DNA of 64,000 nucleotides, taken from assembly GCA_031409275.1 (NCBI GenBank), contig JANNXA010000051.1:96001-160000 (forward strand), in the 5' to 3' direction. The notes under the pieces were generated by a model. That model was not told where the DNA came from. It saw nothing but the letters and a program-made list of their open reading frames with translations, and ran no database searches. The position numbers and the translations under genes were made by a program. This document shows positions 1-9,355 of the stretch, one piece after another (position 1 is the stretch's first letter; each line of letters begins with the position of its first letter). The stretch comes from Planctomycetota bacterium (GTDB lineage Bacteria; Planctomycetota; B15-G4; SIAN01).

Positions 1-827
1 GAGATCTGCGCGAGCGCGCGGTGCGGCACCAGCAGCACCGGCCGCCACCAGCCAAAGCAGGCCGGACTCGAAATCTCGCGAGAGACGCGCAGGACGACTC
101 GCGCCGCGACCGGCTCGCTTGCAGCAAGCTCGCTCCAAAGCGCGGAGAGTTCCGGTGGAAGCTCCCGCTCGGAGCGGTGCACCAGCCGCAGCGTGCGCAG
201 AAGACGCAGCGCTCGCCCGACGACGACCCACAGCAGTCCGGCGCAGTAGATCGCGAGCGCCAGCCGTCCGTCGAGCAAGCCGCGGAGGCGTTCCAGCGAC
301 AAGCTCGAGGACGCCGCGCGGTTCGTTTCAGGCACGGCGTCGTGCGACGGTGCCCTTGAGGCCGCGGGGTGCGCCGGCGGCAGCGGCGCTCGCATGCTGG
401 CCAGGATGCCGTACTCCGACGGCAGCGAAGCCGCCGCCAGTTCAGGACGGTCGTGTCGCGACGCTGCAGCACCGCGCGCCTCGGTGCGCTCGAACTCGCG
501 CTCGAGTGGCAGGTCGACCAGCAACGAACGGTCGTCGATCAGCGGCCACTCGATCCGGCGGCCGGGAGGTTCGGGTGCCGACGGCGTCGGCTCGAAGACG
601 CGCGTGATCCAGCCGCGAATCGGCGTTCCCCACGCCGCCGCCGCGCCGCGAAGCGCCCACTGCACCGGCAGAAGCGCCAGCGCAGTGACCAGCAGCGCGC
701 ACGCCAGCGTGTAGGCGAGCGCGGGGTCGCGCTTCAGGAGTCGCCGAGTGAGCAGCGCCGCCAAACCGGCGAATGCCATCCCGAGCGATGCGATCAGGAG
801 CTGGCCCATCCACGGCGCCCCGCTCAT
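1..827 (-). CDS. BlaR1/MecR1-like M56 family membrane metallopeptidase (5' part; runs off window)
   Basis: Manual translation from ATG 827: MSGAPWMGQLLIASLG... with TM segments and ...LRVSREISSPACFGWWRPVLLVP, typical of the M56 region before HExxH. ATGA overlap with the blaI-like stop. Absent from the ORF track because it is open at the edge. Confidence 0.85.
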   Translation of the reverse strand, partial: MSGAPWMGQLLIASLGMAFAGLAALLTRRLLKRDPALAYTLACALLVTALALLPVQWALRGAAAAWGTPIRGWITRVFEPTPSAPEPPGRRIEWPLIDDRSLLVDLPLEREFERTEARGAAASRHDRPELAAASLPSEYGILASMRAPLPPAHPAASRAPSHDAVPETNRAASSSLSLERLRGLLDGRLALAIYCAGLLWVVVGRALRLLRTLRLVHRSERELPPELSALWSELAASEPVAARVVLRVSREISSPACFGWWRPVLLVPHRALAQI

Positions 828-1273
828 CGGCCGCCCTCCACTTCGCGATCAGTAGCCGGCGTCGGCGGCGCATCGTCGAGCCGCTCGTCGATCATGCGAC
901 GCAGCTTCTCGAGCTCGGGCCGCGACAGCTCTTCGCGTTCGACGAGGTTCAGCAGTAGCGGCTGCACCTGGCCATCGAACAGGCGCTCGACGAACTCCCC
1001 CACCATGGAGGTGGTGACCTGCGCCTGCGAGACGCGCGGCTGGTAGAGGTGCGCGCGGCCGCTGCCGGCACGCGTTCGCACGACCGACTTGTCGCGCAGG
1101 ATGTTGAGGACGGTCTGGACCGTGTTGTAGGCCAGCGGCTTGCGCCGCTCGAGGTTGACCCGCTCCACGACTTCGCGCACGGTCAGCTCGGGGGAGCTCG
1201 CCCCGGCCCAGAAGGTGCGCAGCACCTCGAGCTCGAGCTTGGTCAGCAGAACCTTCGAACGTTCACGCGCCAT
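824..1273 (-). CDS. BlaI/MecI/CopY family transcriptional repressor
   Basis: LTKLELEVLRTFW...LTVREVVE...LAYNTVQTVLNILRDK...AHLYQPRVS...FVERLFDG matches the penicillinase-repressor wHTH; coupled to the M56 gene. Confidence 0.93.
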   Translation of the reverse strand: MARERSKVLLTKLELEVLRTFWAGASSPELTVREVVERVNLERRKPLAYNTVQTVLNILRDKSVVRTRAGSGRAHLYQPRVSQAQVTTSMVGEFVERLFDGQVQPLLLNLVEREELSRPELEKLRRMIDERLDDAPPTPATDREVEGGR

Positions 1274-1290
1274 CGCCGTCTCCCGTCGTG

Positions 1291-1354
1291 ACTCCGAATG
1301 TCTTAGGAGTCCCGGATCGACCTGGCAACGGTTTTCTCCGAGATTCTTAGGAGA
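1291..1354. promoter_or_regulatory. Two 20-bp palindromic operators, putative BlaI-like binding sites
   Basis: ACTCCGAATGTCTTAGGAGT (1291-1310) and TCTCCGAGATTCTTAGGAGA (1335-1354), both WCTCC-N10-GGAGW, just upstream of the repressor start. Confidence 0.7.
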
Positions 1355-1477
1355 TGAGCCAGAGCCGCCGGCCAAACGGCGCCGGCGCCGCGCCGTTGCC
1401 TTCTCGTTACTTTTCGCGAACTCCCCCGCACGTAGTCGGTCGAACGGCTGTCGCCCCGCCCTGTTCCGGAGCTTCCC

Positions 1478-4400
1478 ATGCGCCGCCCCCACCTCCTCGC
1501 ACTCGCTCTCTGCGTCGCCGCGACCGCGCTCTTTGCCCTGCCGCCGCTCGCCGCTCGCGACGAGCGCCCGCCGCTGGACGAGGCGCCCGCGGCGCTGCGC
1601 GATGCGCTCCTCGACGGCGACTTCGAGAACGCCCTGGCGCAGCTCGTCGAACTGGAACGCAGTGAGCCGACGCGCGGCGACCTCTGGGCGATGCTGCGCG
1701 GCCAGATCCACGCAACGCGCGGGGAGGCGGCGCTCGCCGAACAGGACTTCGCCGCGGTCGAGAGTCGATTCGCTGGCACTCCCTGGCGGAGCAAGGCGCG
1801 TTTCGGCCGGGCCAGCGCCTTGCGCGATCTGCGTCGCTTCGCCGAGGCGGAAGCGATCGTCGCGAGCGAGGCGGCACGGTTGCGCTCCCCGGAGCGGCGC
1901 ACCGAGCTCGCGCAGCTCGCGGTCGATCTCGCCGACGCGGCGCTCGATCCGAAGGCCGCGGGTGCCGCCGAGACGCCGGCGTCCGACCCGGCGCTCGCCT
2001 TCGCGCTTTACGAGCAAGTGCTCGGGCTCGATCCGCCGGCGCCCGTCGTGGCGCATGTGCAGCGCCAGCGCGGCCGCTGCCTCTTGGCGCTGGGCCAGCC
2101 AGGACCCGCGCTCGTCGCCTTCACGGCCTACCTCGCCAGCCCGGCGGGTCGCGAACGGAGCGGGGTATCGATCGATGCTCGCCTCGCGGCGGCGCGCTGC
2201 GAGGCCGCCCTCGGCCGCGTCGGCGATGCACGCCGCTCGCTCGAACGGCTGGCGACCGAGCTGTCGCAAGCGCCCGAGCCGGCCATGCGCGCGCGACTCG
2301 GCGACGCGCTCGAAGCGGCCGCGCGCACCTGGCGTCCCGACCTCGCCACCGAACGACTGCTCGCGGTGACCAGCCTGCGCCGTTTCGTCGAGCAGTGCCC
2401 GGACCACCCGCTCGCGTGGACCGCTCGCCTCGACGCTGCGAGCTACCTGGCCGCGGCCGGGGAGACCGAGGAGGCGCTCGCCGCCTTCGACGCGATCATC
2501 GCTGGGCCGGCGGGAGCTGCCGCGGAAGAGGCGACGCGCGCGCGCGCTGAAGCGGCGTTCCGGCGTGGCCAGTTGCTGTTGAGCCAGGGGCGCTGCGAAG
2601 CAGCAGGAGCCGCCTTCGCCGACTGCGTGGCGCGCGACCCGACGGGCCCCCGTTGGGCCGAGGCGCAAGCGGCGATGGTCGAGGCGGAGTATCGGGTCGC
2701 GGCGATCGCGCGCGACCGCAAGGAGTTCGCGGCCGCGCGCGCCGCTCTCACCCGATTCATCTCGCTCCACCCGCTCGATCCACGCGTCGCCGAGAGCCGC
2801 TTCGAGATCGGCGCGCTCTACCGCGATGAGGCCGAACAACTTCGCCAGGCGAACGGGTCGAGCTCGGTCGAGCCGGCGCTCTCGCTCGAACGCTCGGCGC
2901 TCGAGGAGTGGCAGCGTTGCGTTCGACTCCATCCGGGCAGCGACGTCGCCTCGCACGCACTCTTCGCGAGCGGTCGACTCTGGCACGACTCGCTGCTCGA
3001 TCTCGAGAAGGCGGTCGAGATGTGGCGTGCGTGCAGCTTCGGGGCCTACGCCGGCGAAGCTGCCGGCCGCCTCGCGGAACTGCTCACGCCGAGCCTCTCG
3101 GTCGTGACGCCGCGCTCGTTTCGCAGCAATGAGGCGGCGCACCTCGAACTGCTGGCGCGCAACGTTGCTCAGGTCAAGGTGAAGCTCCATCGGCTCGACC
3201 TCGAGGCCTACTTCCGCAAGTTCCTCGCGGCCGACGCCGTCGAGGAGCTCGACCTCGACCTGATCGCGGCCGACCTCGAATTCACGTTCGACGTCCCGGA
3301 CTACGCGCGCTGGAAGGCGTGCCGCGCCCCCATCACGCTGCCGCTCCTCGGCAGCGGCGCGTGGGTCGCCGTCGTCGAGTCGGAGCAGCAGCGCACCACG
3401 ACCTTGGTGCTGAAGAGCGACATCGATCTGATCGTCAAGTCCGCGGCGCGCGAACTGCTCGTCTTCGCCGAGAATCGCCTGCTCGGGACAGCCGCTGCCG
3501 GCGTCGAATTGCTGATCGACCTCGGAGCCGGCGAAGATGGCTCCCGCCGCCAACACACGGGGACCACGGGCAGCGACGGCCTGTTCCACCTGCGCACCGA
3601 GACCCCGTTCGAGCCGAGCGCGCTGCGGATGCTGGCGAAGAGTGCCGCCGACTTCGCCGTGGTTCAGGTGCCGCTGCAGGGGGGCGCCAGCGCACCGACG
3701 CTGCTGCCGCGCGGCCTCGTCTTCACCGATCGGCCCGCCTACCGGCCGGGCCAGCAGGTCGAGATCGCGGCGTTCCTGCGCGACGTGAAGGAGGGAAGCC
3801 TCACCGCCAGCAAAGGCTCCCGCTGGACGCTCTCGCTGCATGACCCGCGCGATCGCCTGGTCCGCAGCGAAACGCTGCTCCTCGACGAATTCGGCACCGC
3901 CGCTGCGAAGTTCGAACTCGACGCGTTCGCGACGCTCGGCACCTGGATGGTGGTGGTCGAGCGGCAGGATGGCCCCACCTTTCGCGGCAGCTTCCTCGTC
4001 GCCGACTACCAGCTCGAACGGGTCACCCTCGACCTCACAGCGCCGCGACGAGTCTGGTTTCGCGGCGAGACGATCGAAGTCGAAGGGCTCGCGCGCTGGC
4101 AACACGGTGCTCCAGTCGCCGACGCCGCGCTGCGCGTGGAACTCCCTGATGGTCGCATCGAAGAGATGCGCACCGACGCGCAGGGGCAGTTCCGCATCCG
4201 CTTCGAGACCGTCGATCTGCCCGAGGAGCGCGCGCTCGCGTTCCAGGCGACCTTGCTCGACGGCGGCGTCGTCGCGTCGGAGACGATCTTCCTCGCGCTG
4301 CGCGAGTTCGACTTGAGCCTCGAACTGCCGACGCGCGCGCTGCTGGCGGACGAGCGTTTCGCCATCGGCGTGCGCGCCACGCGCCGCGACGGCACGCCGA

Positions 4401-7400
4401 TGGCAACGCCCTGCCGCGTCGCGCTCCTGCGCAAGGAGAGCGGCGGCGGCGAAGTGCGTGCGCAGCAGCTCACGGGCACCACGCTCGCCGCCGATGGGCG
4501 CACCACCTTCGAGGCGACGCTCGCGCGCGGCGGCACCTACGTGGTCCGCGCCGAGGCGACCGATCGCTTCGGGCAGCGCATCGTCGCCGAAGGCATGGTG
4601 CTGATCTCCGACAGCGACGACGAGCAGAAGCTGCGCCTGCTTTCCGATCGCACGCGTCTCGAAGTCGGCGAATCGACCAAGGTGCGCCTGCTGCAACGCG
4701 ATGGCGGCGGCTTGCTGCTCCTGACCTGGGAGCTGCACGATGGGCTGCGCTGGCAGGTGCTCGACGCCCGCGAAGCGACGCGCGAGCTCACCATCACCGC
4801 CGACGCCGAACTCGCGCCCGGCTTCGTGCTGGCTGCCGCCGCGATGCGCGGCACTCGTCTCCACATCGCCAGCACCCCTTTCGAGGTGACGCGCGCGCTT
4901 CGCCTCACGGTGGTGCCGCGCACCGCCACGGCAACCCCGGGCGGCGAGCTGACCGTCGACTTCACCACTGCCGATCCGCTTGGACGGCCGCTTTCGGCCC
5001 GCGTCGCGTTGGCTGTCGTCGACGACGCGCTGCTGCGGCAGTTTCCCGACACCACGCCGCTCCCGGAGCGCGTCTTCGCGCTCGGCGGTGGTGCGCCCGC
5101 GCCGTGGCGCCTCTCTTCGAGCTGCACCTTCCGCTACGAGGCGGCACCGGTCGCGATCGCGCGCACCGTCCGCGACGAAGAAGCGCGGCAAGTGGCGACC
5201 GCCGAGTTCGACCGAGAGAAAGGCGGCTTCTTGACGATGCTTGGCTACCTCGGCGACGGCGGCGGCGGCGATGGGCCAGCTAGCGAAGAGCGCCCGGCAG
5301 CCGATCCCGCGGGCAACGCGGACGATCTGGTCCGCGCCACGACGGGTGGTGGCGGCGGCGGCTTTCTGTCGGGCCGCTTGAACCGAAATGCAGTGGCGCG
5401 TTCCAAGCAGCGGGAGGAGGCTGGACGCGCCGCACCCGCGGGTCTCGCCGAAGCGGGGCTCGATGATGACACCGCCTGCTTCGCGCCGGCGATCACCACC
5501 GATGCAGAAGGGAAGGCGAGCGTCACCTTCCGCCTGCCGCAGCGCTCCACCACCTGGCAACTGGTGGCGCGCGGCCTCTCGGTCGACTCGCGCGCCGCGC
5601 TGGCGCAGCAGTCGATCGTCGCTCGCGAGCCCTTCTTCGCCGAGCTGCGAGCACCGGCGACGCTGCGCCAAGGCGACACGCCGCGCCTGCTCGCCACGCT
5701 CTTCTCGGAACCGGGCGCGGTCGGTCAGGTCGAGCTGCGACTGCGCGTGCACCTCGGCGACCAGGTGACCTCGTTGCCGGCCACGCTCGCCCTTTCGCAG
5801 AGCGGCACCACGGAACATCTCTTCCCGGCGCTCGCCGCGCTGCCGCTCACGGCCGACGCGAAGTTCGAGTTGGTGGCCACGCAGGTCGGAGTCACGCCGG
5901 CTCGCGAGCAGCGGAGCACGCTCACGTTGCCCATCGAGCCTTTCGGCCTTGAACGGCGCGCCGCGAAGAGCGGCGAGCTGCGCTCTTCCGCCCGCTTCAC
6001 CCTCGAGCTGCCGGGCGAGGTCAGCTACGTCGCGCGCTCTCTCGATCTCTGGATCGCGCCGAGCGCGGCGCGCCTGCTGCTCGACGACGCGCTCGAGCGG
6101 ACGCTCGATCGGCGCAACGCGCCGCGCGTGCAGCCGCAAGCCGACGTCGCCACCGAACTGCTCGGCACCTGCGAGGTGTTGGCGCTCGGGCAGCAGCTCG
6201 TCACCGGCGCCGCGGCGAGCGAGCTCGACCTCGCCGCCTTGCGTTCGCAGGCGCAAGGGCTGCTGGCTCGCCTCGTCGTCACCCAGCGGGACGACGGCGG
6301 CTTCGCCTGGGCCGGCGACCATGGCAGTGACCGTCCGACCACGGCGCTCGCGCTCGTGGCGCTTGCCCGCGCGCAAGCGCTCGGCTTCGCGGTGCCGGTG
6401 GCGACGATGGGCGCGGCGCGCCAGTACGTCGAGACGGCGTTTCGCAACTCGGGCCCCGACTCCGACGAGCTGAAGGCGATGCTGCAGCTCGCGCTCGCGG
6501 GCCAGGGCGCTGCCGACGCGGCCGCGCTGCAGCGACTGCATCGCGTGCGCGCAACGCTCTCACCCGCGGCGCTCGCCTACACCTGCCTGGCGTTGGTGGC
6601 GAGCGGCAAGGAGCCGATGGCGATCGATCTCGCCGCGCTGATCGAGCAACGCGCGATCGTGGCACCGGCGGGGGGCGCCAGCCGCTGCTGGGACGCGCAG
6701 CAGAATCGCCGATTCCAACGCTCGCCGTTGGAGACCAGCGCGCTAGCGCTGCTCGCGCTTTCAGCCGCGACCCCCGCCTCGCCCACCCTTGCGGGCGCCG
6801 TCGACGCGCTGCTGGCCGAGCGGCCGTGGGCACCGGCGCGCGCCGCCGGACTCGTGCGCGCCGCCCTCGCCCGCTTCTACGCCGATGTGGTTCCCGAACG
6901 CAGCGAAGCGGTCGTCCGCGTGCGCGTGAACGATCGCCTGTTGCCGCCGGTGCTCATGCCGGCCGGCGCCGGCGCGCAGGCGGTCGCCATCCCCGCCGAG
7001 CTGCTGCGGGAGGGCAAGGTGAAGGTGGAGCTCGAGCTCGAAGGACGCGCACGACCGAGCTACGCGGCGCTGCTGCGCGGCTTCACGCCCGACGTGCGGC
7101 GCACCGACCGCGACGACCTGCGCTGGTCGAACGTGGTGGTCAGCGCCCCCGCGCCTCTGCTGCGCGGTCGGCCGCTCGACACCGGCTTCAGCGTCCTTTC
7201 GGAAACGCCGCGCGACAGCTGGATCAACACGCGCGCCGAGCTTGCCGTCGGCGAACTCGCCGAAGTGCAGCTCTCCTGCTACCTCGGCCGCGAATCGGTC
7301 GACGCGGACGACACCGACCCCTACGAGCTCGCCGTTGCGCTGCCGGCCGGTGTCGAGCTGCTGCCCGGGTCGTTGAACGGGAACTTCACCACCTTCGCGC

Positions 7401-9355
7401 TGCGACCGGGCGCGATCGACGTTCGGCTGCTTCGCACGAGCTCGTGGACATCGCTCCGATTCACCGTCGTCGGACGCGTGCCCGGCGACTGGCGCGCGCT
7501 GCCGCCGCAAGCGCGCTCCGCCGTCGAGCTCCATCGCGCCGCGAACGGCGAGGAGTGGAAGCTGCGCGTCCTGCCGGTCGGCGCGAAGAGCGCTGACCCC
7601 TATCGCCCGACGCCCGACGAACTCTTCTCGCGCGGCAAGCGGCTCTTCGAGGCCGGGGAACGCGCCGCAGCTGCCGTTCCGCTCGAGGCGCTGGTGGCCG
7701 AGTTCGGCGCCAAGCTGAAGGAGGCGGCTCAGCGCGAGGTCGCGCGCATGCTGCTCGCGTGCGCGCTCGAAGCGGGCGATGCCACGCGCATCGTGCGCTC
7801 GTTCGAGACCGTGAAGGAGAAGGACCCGGCGCTGGCGTTGCCCGCCGACGAAGTGCGCGCGGTGGCGGCCGCCTACCGCTCGCTCGAGGAGCATGAGCCG
7901 GCGCTCGAACTGACGCGCGCGCTGATCGACGAGACGTTCCGCCGCGACCTGCAGCTCCCGGCGATGCTGGCCGGGGCGAATCGCATGCGCGCCTCCTTCG
8001 AGTTGCGCGAGCGCCTCTGGCTCGACTACCCCGACACGCCCGCGGTGAAGCAGTCCTATCTCGCCCTCTCCGATGACCTGCTCGCGCTGGCTCCACGCGC
8101 CCACGAGAGCGCGCTGCTGCGCGCCGAGAAGCTCGATCGCGCGACGCTGCAGCGCGATGGCATGCGGATCCTGATGCGCTTCCTCGCCTTCAGCCCGAGC
8201 GACCCGCTCGCGCCGGAAGCGGGGCTCGGGTTGGTCACCGCGTGGCTGGCCATCGAGGAGTGGGAGGCTGCTTCGGGCCTCGCCGAACGTCTCGCGAAGC
8301 GCTGGAGCGAGCCGCGCTTCGCCGATTCGTTCCTCTACAGCAAGGCGGTCGCCGAATGGTCGCTCGGCCACGACGACGCGGCGCGCGCGCTGCTTGAGCG
8401 AATCGCCGTCGCGGAGTACGTCGACGCGAGCGGTCGCAAGGTGCCCTCCGTCAACCGCGACCTCGCCTGGTACATCCTCGCGCAGATCCACCACGCGCGC
8501 CGTGACGCCGCCGCCGCGATGCGCTGCTACGAGAAGGTCGCCGGCGCCTTCCCCGATGCGCGCGACGCGCTGCATGGGTTGCGCGAGCGACTGCTCGAAC
8601 TGCCCGAAGTGACCAGCGCTCGGCCGGGCGAGAAGCCACAGGTCGAGCTGCGTTCGAAGAACCTCGCGCGGGCGCAGTTGCTGGTCTATCCGGTCGACTT
8701 GATGACGCTCTGCCTGCGCGAGAAGAACCTCTCCGGCATCGCGGGAGTGAACCTTGCCGGCATCGCGCCAGCGGCGCGCCTCGACGTCGACCTCGCGAAG
8801 GAGTCGCAGTTCGAGCCGCACACGACGAAGGTCGCCCTCGACCTGCCGCAGGCGGGCGCCTACCTCGTGCTGGTGCGGGCGGACGAGCACCACGCTTCGG
8901 GCCTCGTGCTGGTGACGCCGCTCGACCTGCAGGTGAAGGAGGAGAGCGACGGTCGCATGCGCATCCACGTGCAGGATGCGGCGAGCGGCGCCTTCCTGCG
9001 CGACGTCGACGTGCGGGTGATCGGCTCGCGCAACGACGCCTTCACGGCGGGCCGCACCGATCCGCGCGGCCTCTTCGTGGCCGAGGGGCTCGAAGGCACC
9101 GCGACGGTCATCGCACGCGCCGGCGAACGCGCCTACGCCTTCTGGCGCGGCGCGCGCCAACTCGGGCGCGAGGAGCAGTCGAAGCGCAAGGAGGCGGAAC
9201 ACGGCGGCGACGACCAGTTCCGCGAGCAGGGCGACTACTTGAAGAACGTCGTCGAACTGAACCGCGGTCTGCAGCAACAGCGCGCCAGCAACCTCGAACA
9301 GGAGTTCAAGAAGGCCGGGCAGGCGGTTCCGGTGCAGAGCCAGCAGGAGGAGTAG
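1478..9355 (+). CDS. Secreted TPR-containing alpha-2-macroglobulin family protein (2625 aa)
   Basis: Signal peptide, N-terminal TPRs, MG motif FTDRPAYRPGQ, Gly-rich bait-like region, TTDAEGKASVTFRLP...TTWQLVARG, TED-like QRDDGGFAW, C-terminal TPRs. Confidence 0.9.
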   Translation: MRRPHLLALALCVAATALFALPPLAARDERPPLDEAPAALRDALLDGDFENALAQLVELERSEPTRGDLWAMLRGQIHATRGEAALAEQDFAAVESRFAGTPWRSKARFGRASALRDLRRFAEAEAIVASEAARLRSPERRTELAQLAVDLADAALDPKAAGAAETPASDPALAFALYEQVLGLDPPAPVVAHVQRQRGRCLLALGQPGPALVAFTAYLASPAGRERSGVSIDARLAAARCEAALGRVGDARRSLERLATELSQAPEPAMRARLGDALEAAARTWRPDLATERLLAVTSLRRFVEQCPDHPLAWTARLDAASYLAAAGETEEALAAFDAIIAGPAGAAAEEATRARAEAAFRRGQLLLSQGRCEAAGAAFADCVARDPTGPRWAEAQAAMVEAEYRVAAIARDRKEFAAARAALTRFISLHPLDPRVAESRFEIGALYRDEAEQLRQANGSSSVEPALSLERSALEEWQRCVRLHPGSDVASHALFASGRLWHDSLLDLEKAVEMWRACSFGAYAGEAAGRLAELLTPSLSVVTPRSFRSNEAAHLELLARNVAQVKVKLHRLDLEAYFRKFLAADAVEELDLDLIAADLEFTFDVPDYARWKACRAPITLPLLGSGAWVAVVESEQQRTTTLVLKSDIDLIVKSAARELLVFAENRLLGTAAAGVELLIDLGAGEDGSRRQHTGTTGSDGLFHLRTETPFEPSALRMLAKSAADFAVVQVPLQGGASAPTLLPRGLVFTDRPAYRPGQQVEIAAFLRDVKEGSLTASKGSRWTLSLHDPRDRLVRSETLLLDEFGTAAAKFELDAFATLGTWMVVVERQDGPTFRGSFLVADYQLERVTLDLTAPRRVWFRGETIEVEGLARWQHGAPVADAALRVELPDGRIEEMRTDAQGQFRIRFETVDLPEERALAFQATLLDGGVVASETIFLALREFDLSLELPTRALLADERFAIGVRATRRDGTPMATPCRVALLRKESGGGEVRAQQLTGTTLAADGRTTFEATLARGGTYVVRAEATDRFGQRIVAEGMVLISDSDDEQKLRLLSDRTRLEVGESTKVRLLQRDGGGLLLLTWELHDGLRWQVLDAREATRELTITADAELAPGFVLAAAAMRGTRLHIASTPFEVTRALRLTVVPRTATATPGGELTVDFTTADPLGRPLSARVALAVVDDALLRQFPDTTPLPERVFALGGGAPAPWRLSSSCTFRYEAAPVAIARTVRDEEARQVATAEFDREKGGFLTMLGYLGDGGGGDGPASEERPAADPAGNADDLVRATTGGGGGGFLSGRLNRNAVARSKQREEAGRAAPAGLAEAGLDDDTACFAPAITTDAEGKASVTFRLPQRSTTWQLVARGLSVDSRAALAQQSIVAREPFFAELRAPATLRQGDTPRLLATLFSEPGAVGQVELRLRVHLGDQVTSLPATLALSQSGTTEHLFPALAALPLTADAKFELVATQVGVTPAREQRSTLTLPIEPFGLERRAAKSGELRSSARFTLELPGEVSYVARSLDLWIAPSAARLLLDDALERTLDRRNAPRVQPQADVATELLGTCEVLALGQQLVTGAAASELDLAALRSQAQGLLARLVVTQRDDGGFAWAGDHGSDRPTTALALVALARAQALGFAVPVATMGAARQYVETAFRNSGPDSDELKAMLQLALAGQGAADAAALQRLHRVRATLSPAALAYTCLALVASGKEPMAIDLAALIEQRAIVAPAGGASRCWDAQQNRRFQRSPLETSALALLALSAATPASPTLAGAVDALLAERPWAPARAAGLVRAALARFYADVVPERSEAVVRVRVNDRLLPPVLMPAGAGAQAVAIPAELLREGKVKVELELEGRARPSYAALLRGFTPDVRRTDRDDLRWSNVVVSAPAPLLRGRPLDTGFSVLSETPRDSWINTRAELAVGELAEVQLSCYLGRESVDADDTDPYELAVALPAGVELLPGSLNGNFTTFALRPGAIDVRLLRTSSWTSLRFTVVGRVPGDWRALPPQARSAVELHRAANGEEWKLRVLPVGAKSADPYRPTPDELFSRGKRLFEAGERAAAAVPLEALVAEFGAKLKEAAQREVARMLLACALEAGDATRIVRSFETVKEKDPALALPADEVRAVAAAYRSLEEHEPALELTRALIDETFRRDLQLPAMLAGANRMRASFELRERLWLDYPDTPAVKQSYLALSDDLLALAPRAHESALLRAEKLDRATLQRDGMRILMRFLAFSPSDPLAPEAGLGLVTAWLAIEEWEAASGLAERLAKRWSEPRFADSFLYSKAVAEWSLGHDDAARALLERIAVAEYVDASGRKVPSVNRDLAWYILAQIHHARRDAAAAMRCYEKVAGAFPDARDALHGLRERLLELPEVTSARPGEKPQVELRSKNLARAQLLVYPVDLMTLCLREKNLSGIAGVNLAGIAPAARLDVDLAKESQFEPHTTKVALDLPQAGAYLVLVRADEHHASGLVLVTPLDLQVKEESDGRMRIHVQDAASGAFLRDVDVRVIGSRNDAFTAGRTDPRGLFVAEGLEGTATVIARAGERAYAFWRGARQLGREEQSKRKEAEHGGDDQFREQGDYLKNVVELNRGLQQQRASNLEQEFKKAGQAVPVQSQQEE

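Noticed and set aside
824..6541. 1905-aa minus-strand ORF and similar long antisense ORFs (e.g. 6761..9277, 10297..12771, 21861..24584, 46769..49627)
   Set aside because: Shadow frames of real genes in high-GC DNA, Arg/Ala-rich with no motifs; only the last 149 codons of the first are real (blaI-like).
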